This document shows, in pieces, positions 61,685 to 64,000 of a stretch of DNA of 64,000 bases (its first letter is position 1; every line of letters begins with the position of its first letter). Origin of the DNA: Candidatus Poribacteria bacterium (lineage in GTDB: Bacteria; Poribacteria; WGA-4E; WGA-3G). The stretch spans positions 448,001-512,000 of the forward strand of contig CAXXUA010000013.1 in the NCBI GenBank assembly GCA_963663765.2. The letters are read 5' to 3'. The position numbers and the translations under genes are program-made. The notes below the pieces were generated by a model, which ran no database searches, was not told the DNA's origin, and worked only from the letters and a program-made list of their open reading frames with translations.

Positions 61685-63305
61685 ATATATCTTTGTAACA
61701 GGCGGCGTCATCTCAGGAATAGGAAAAGGAATTACAACCGCTTCTTTAGGCAGATTGCTAATTAACCGGGGTTTTAGAGTAAATGTCGTGAAAATTGACC
61801 CATATCTGAATGTTGATGCAGGTGTGATGAACCCGTTTCAACATGGTGAGGTATTTGTAACGCACGATGGGGCTGAAACCGACTTAGATGTTGGAAACTA
61901 TGAGAGATTTCTGGGGGTAGACCTAAATCAACAATCAAACTTTACCACAGGGTCCGTATACCATGAAGTCATAACAAAGGAACGCCGTGGGGATTACCTC
62001 GGTCAGACTGTTCAATTAATCCCACATATTACGGATGAAATCAAACATCGCATCTTCCAGATTGGGAAAAATAGTGCCGTTGATGTTGTCATCACGGAGA
62101 TCGGCGGTACCGTTGGGGATTTTGAAATGTTTCCGTTTATTGAAGCAATTCGGCAAATAGCAGTGGAAGTTAGTCGTGAAAATACTCTGTTTCTTCACGT
62201 CTCACTCATTTATACCTTTCCAAATGGAGAAAGCAAAAGCAAACCTACTCAACACAGCATCAGGAAACTTCAAGAATTGGGAATCCAACCCGACCTACTC
62301 TTATGCCGCACAAGTCACCCTATTGATGAGAGTATCCGTAGGAAGATTTCTCTGCTATGTGGTATCAGTGAGGCTTCTATTCTTGAAAGTATGGATACAA
62401 ACTGCGTAGATGAAATTCCTCTTAATTTTGAGGTACAGGGTATGGGACATCTTGTCTCCAAAAAGTTGGGTCTTATGAGGCGCGCAACCTTGGACGCTGA
62501 ATGGATTGCGATGGTAGAAAAACTCAAGCACCCAAAGCATTCTGCTAAAATCGCAATTGTGGGAAAATACACCACTGGTAGTGACGCCTATATAAGTGTC
62601 GTTGAGGCGATAAAACACGGTGGCGTTGCGAATGAAGCACAAGTTGAAATTGAATGGATTGAAGCAGAAATGCTAACAGAACATTCGCATATAGATGAGT
62701 TTTTTGAAGGTATTGATGGAATCTTGGTTCCCGGAGGATTTGGTTATCGCGGTATTGAAGGTATGATAAAAGCAGCAAAGTATGCACGTGAAAAACGCAT
62801 CCCATATTTTGGATTGTGTCTCGGCATGCAATGCCTCGTAATAGAATTTGCTCGCAACGTCGCGAACATGCAAAATGCTAATAGCACAGAAGTAGATGAA
62901 AAAACACCTTATCCAGTCATAGATTTAATGTTTGAACAACGTTCAATCGCCGACAAAGGCGCAACAATGCGACTTGGACATTACCCTTGCGTTCTCAAAG
63001 AAAACACTAAGAGTTATGATGCCTATCAGCAACCAATTATCTTAGAACGGCATAGACATCGCTATGAATTGAATAACGATTTCCGTACGCAATTAGAGGA
63101 TGCAGGCCTCTGTTTCAGTGGTGTGTCACCTGATGAAAGTCTTGTGGAAATTGCCGAAGTTTCCAATCATCCGTGGATGGTTGGTTCACAATTTCATCCT
63201 GAATTCCAATCCAAACCACTGGTACCACACCCATTATTCAAAAACTTTATTGCAGCAGTATTAGCATACCAAAGAGAACATAGTGATATAGGAGATGAGG
63301 AATGA
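61677..63305 (+). CDS. pyrG: CTP synthase
   Basis: TGGVISGIGKG, GLCLGMQ and QFHPEF motifs. Confidence 0.98.
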   Translation: MTKYIFVTGGVISGIGKGITTASLGRLLINRGFRVNVVKIDPYLNVDAGVMNPFQHGEVFVTHDGAETDLDVGNYERFLGVDLNQQSNFTTGSVYHEVITKERRGDYLGQTVQLIPHITDEIKHRIFQIGKNSAVDVVITEIGGTVGDFEMFPFIEAIRQIAVEVSRENTLFLHVSLIYTFPNGESKSKPTQHSIRKLQELGIQPDLLLCRTSHPIDESIRRKISLLCGISEASILESMDTNCVDEIPLNFEVQGMGHLVSKKLGLMRRATLDAEWIAMVEKLKHPKHSAKIAIVGKYTTGSDAYISVVEAIKHGGVANEAQVEIEWIEAEMLTEHSHIDEFFEGIDGILVPGGFGYRGIEGMIKAAKYAREKRIPYFGLCLGMQCLVIEFARNVANMQNANSTEVDEKTPYPVIDLMFEQRSIADKGATMRLGHYPCVLKENTKSYDAYQQPIILERHRHRYELNNDFRTQLEDAGLCFSGVSPDESLVEIAEVSNHPWMVGSQFHPEFQSKPLVPHPLFKNFIAAVLAYQREHSDIGDEE

Positions 63306-64000
63306 GCAGCACGGCAACGCTCCACACTGGCGCGTGGTATGGAGATGAAGAACTAATACTAAAGTTTCCAACTGACTGGGAAGTGGAAATGTTGAACCAA
63401 ACGGATGCACCTGCACTCTCAGACACACAAATTGAGCAAGCTTTTGCAGAACCGATCGGCACAAAACGCATCGTTGAAATTGCAAGAGGCAAAAAAAGCT
63501 CAACCATCATCGTTGATGACTTGAGTCGTCCTACTCCCGCGTATCAAGTCGTTCCGTTTCTATTACGAGAACTTACCGATGCAGGTATACCGAAATCAGA
63601 AATCCGATTTGTCATAGGTGTTGGTGGACACCGACCTATCACCGAGGAGGAAATGGCAAAGAAACTTGGTGCTGATGTCGTAGCAGAATTTGAGGTCACC
63701 AATCATGATTTCTTAAGCGATGACCTACGCGCATTGGGACATCTGGACAACGGCACACCTATATATATCAATCGAACAGTCACAGATGCAGACGTCAAAA
63801 TCTGTCTCGGCGGAATCTATCCACACAGTTCTGTCGGTTTTAGTGGAGGAGCAAAACTTATCGTCCCCGGTACCGCAGGTTTTACCACCATGTATTATTT
63901 TCACACATTTCCACAAGGACGCGGACCAGCAGTGATTGAAGGAGAAAGCGAAGAGCCTGATCGTCGCGATACCATTGAAATGGCAGCAGGTGTACTTGGA
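63302..64000 (+). CDS. Lactate racemase (LarA) family protein, partial
   Basis: Hand-translated: IIVDDLSRPTP, G.HRP and PH...GFSGGAKLIVPG; runs off the window. Confidence 0.8.
   Translation, partial: MSSTATLHTGAWYGDEELILKFPTDWEVEMLNQTDAPALSDTQIEQAFAEPIGTKRIVEIARGKKSSTIIVDDLSRPTPAYQVVPFLLRELTDAGIPKSEIRFVIGVGGHRPITEEEMAKKLGADVVAEFEVTNHDFLSDDLRALGHLDNGTPIYINRTVTDADVKICLGGIYPHSSVGFSGGAKLIVPGTAGFTTMYYFHTFPQGRGPAVIEGESEEPDRRDTIEMAAGVLG

Overview
Bacterial chromosomal window, most likely Candidatus Poribacteria. That assignment is an inference from tandem secreted WD40 proteins with 'NYPNPFNPETWIPY...ATRKMLI.K' C-termini, a LamG protein ending in 'AVDAQGKLTTTWGNLK', and a trypsin-TPR protein. Contents from left to right: (1) 1-6.2 kb, a variable island downstream of atpC with two displaced, diverged copies of the atpC 3' end, a type II Thoeris-like TIR + TM-macro pair, a putative toxin pair and several gene remnants. 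(2) 6.2-16.9 kb, a complete F1Fo ATP synthase operon interrupted twice by foreign genes, including a ParB / N-truncated ParB pair, and encoding an atypical c subunit. (3) 18.6-20.7 kb, decayed genes and MITEs, one of which carries a 32-bp tandem array. (4) 20.7-25 kb, a four-gene cluster: a Cys-rich RGPP leader, a His-rich protein, a degenerate FMN-binding/cytochrome b562-like fusion, and a Cyc2-like monoheme-porin fusion. (5) A sulfatase and four WD40 genes. (6) Metabolic genes, an IS607 element with a Fanzor-like TnpB, a ZIP transporter, two TonB-dependent receptors, two methyltransferases, an SSS transporter, kdsB, pyrG and a partial larA-like gene. At least five MITE families occur, often nested and carrying GTAG-type REP hairpins. 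All calls come from reading motifs by eye; no database searches were run.
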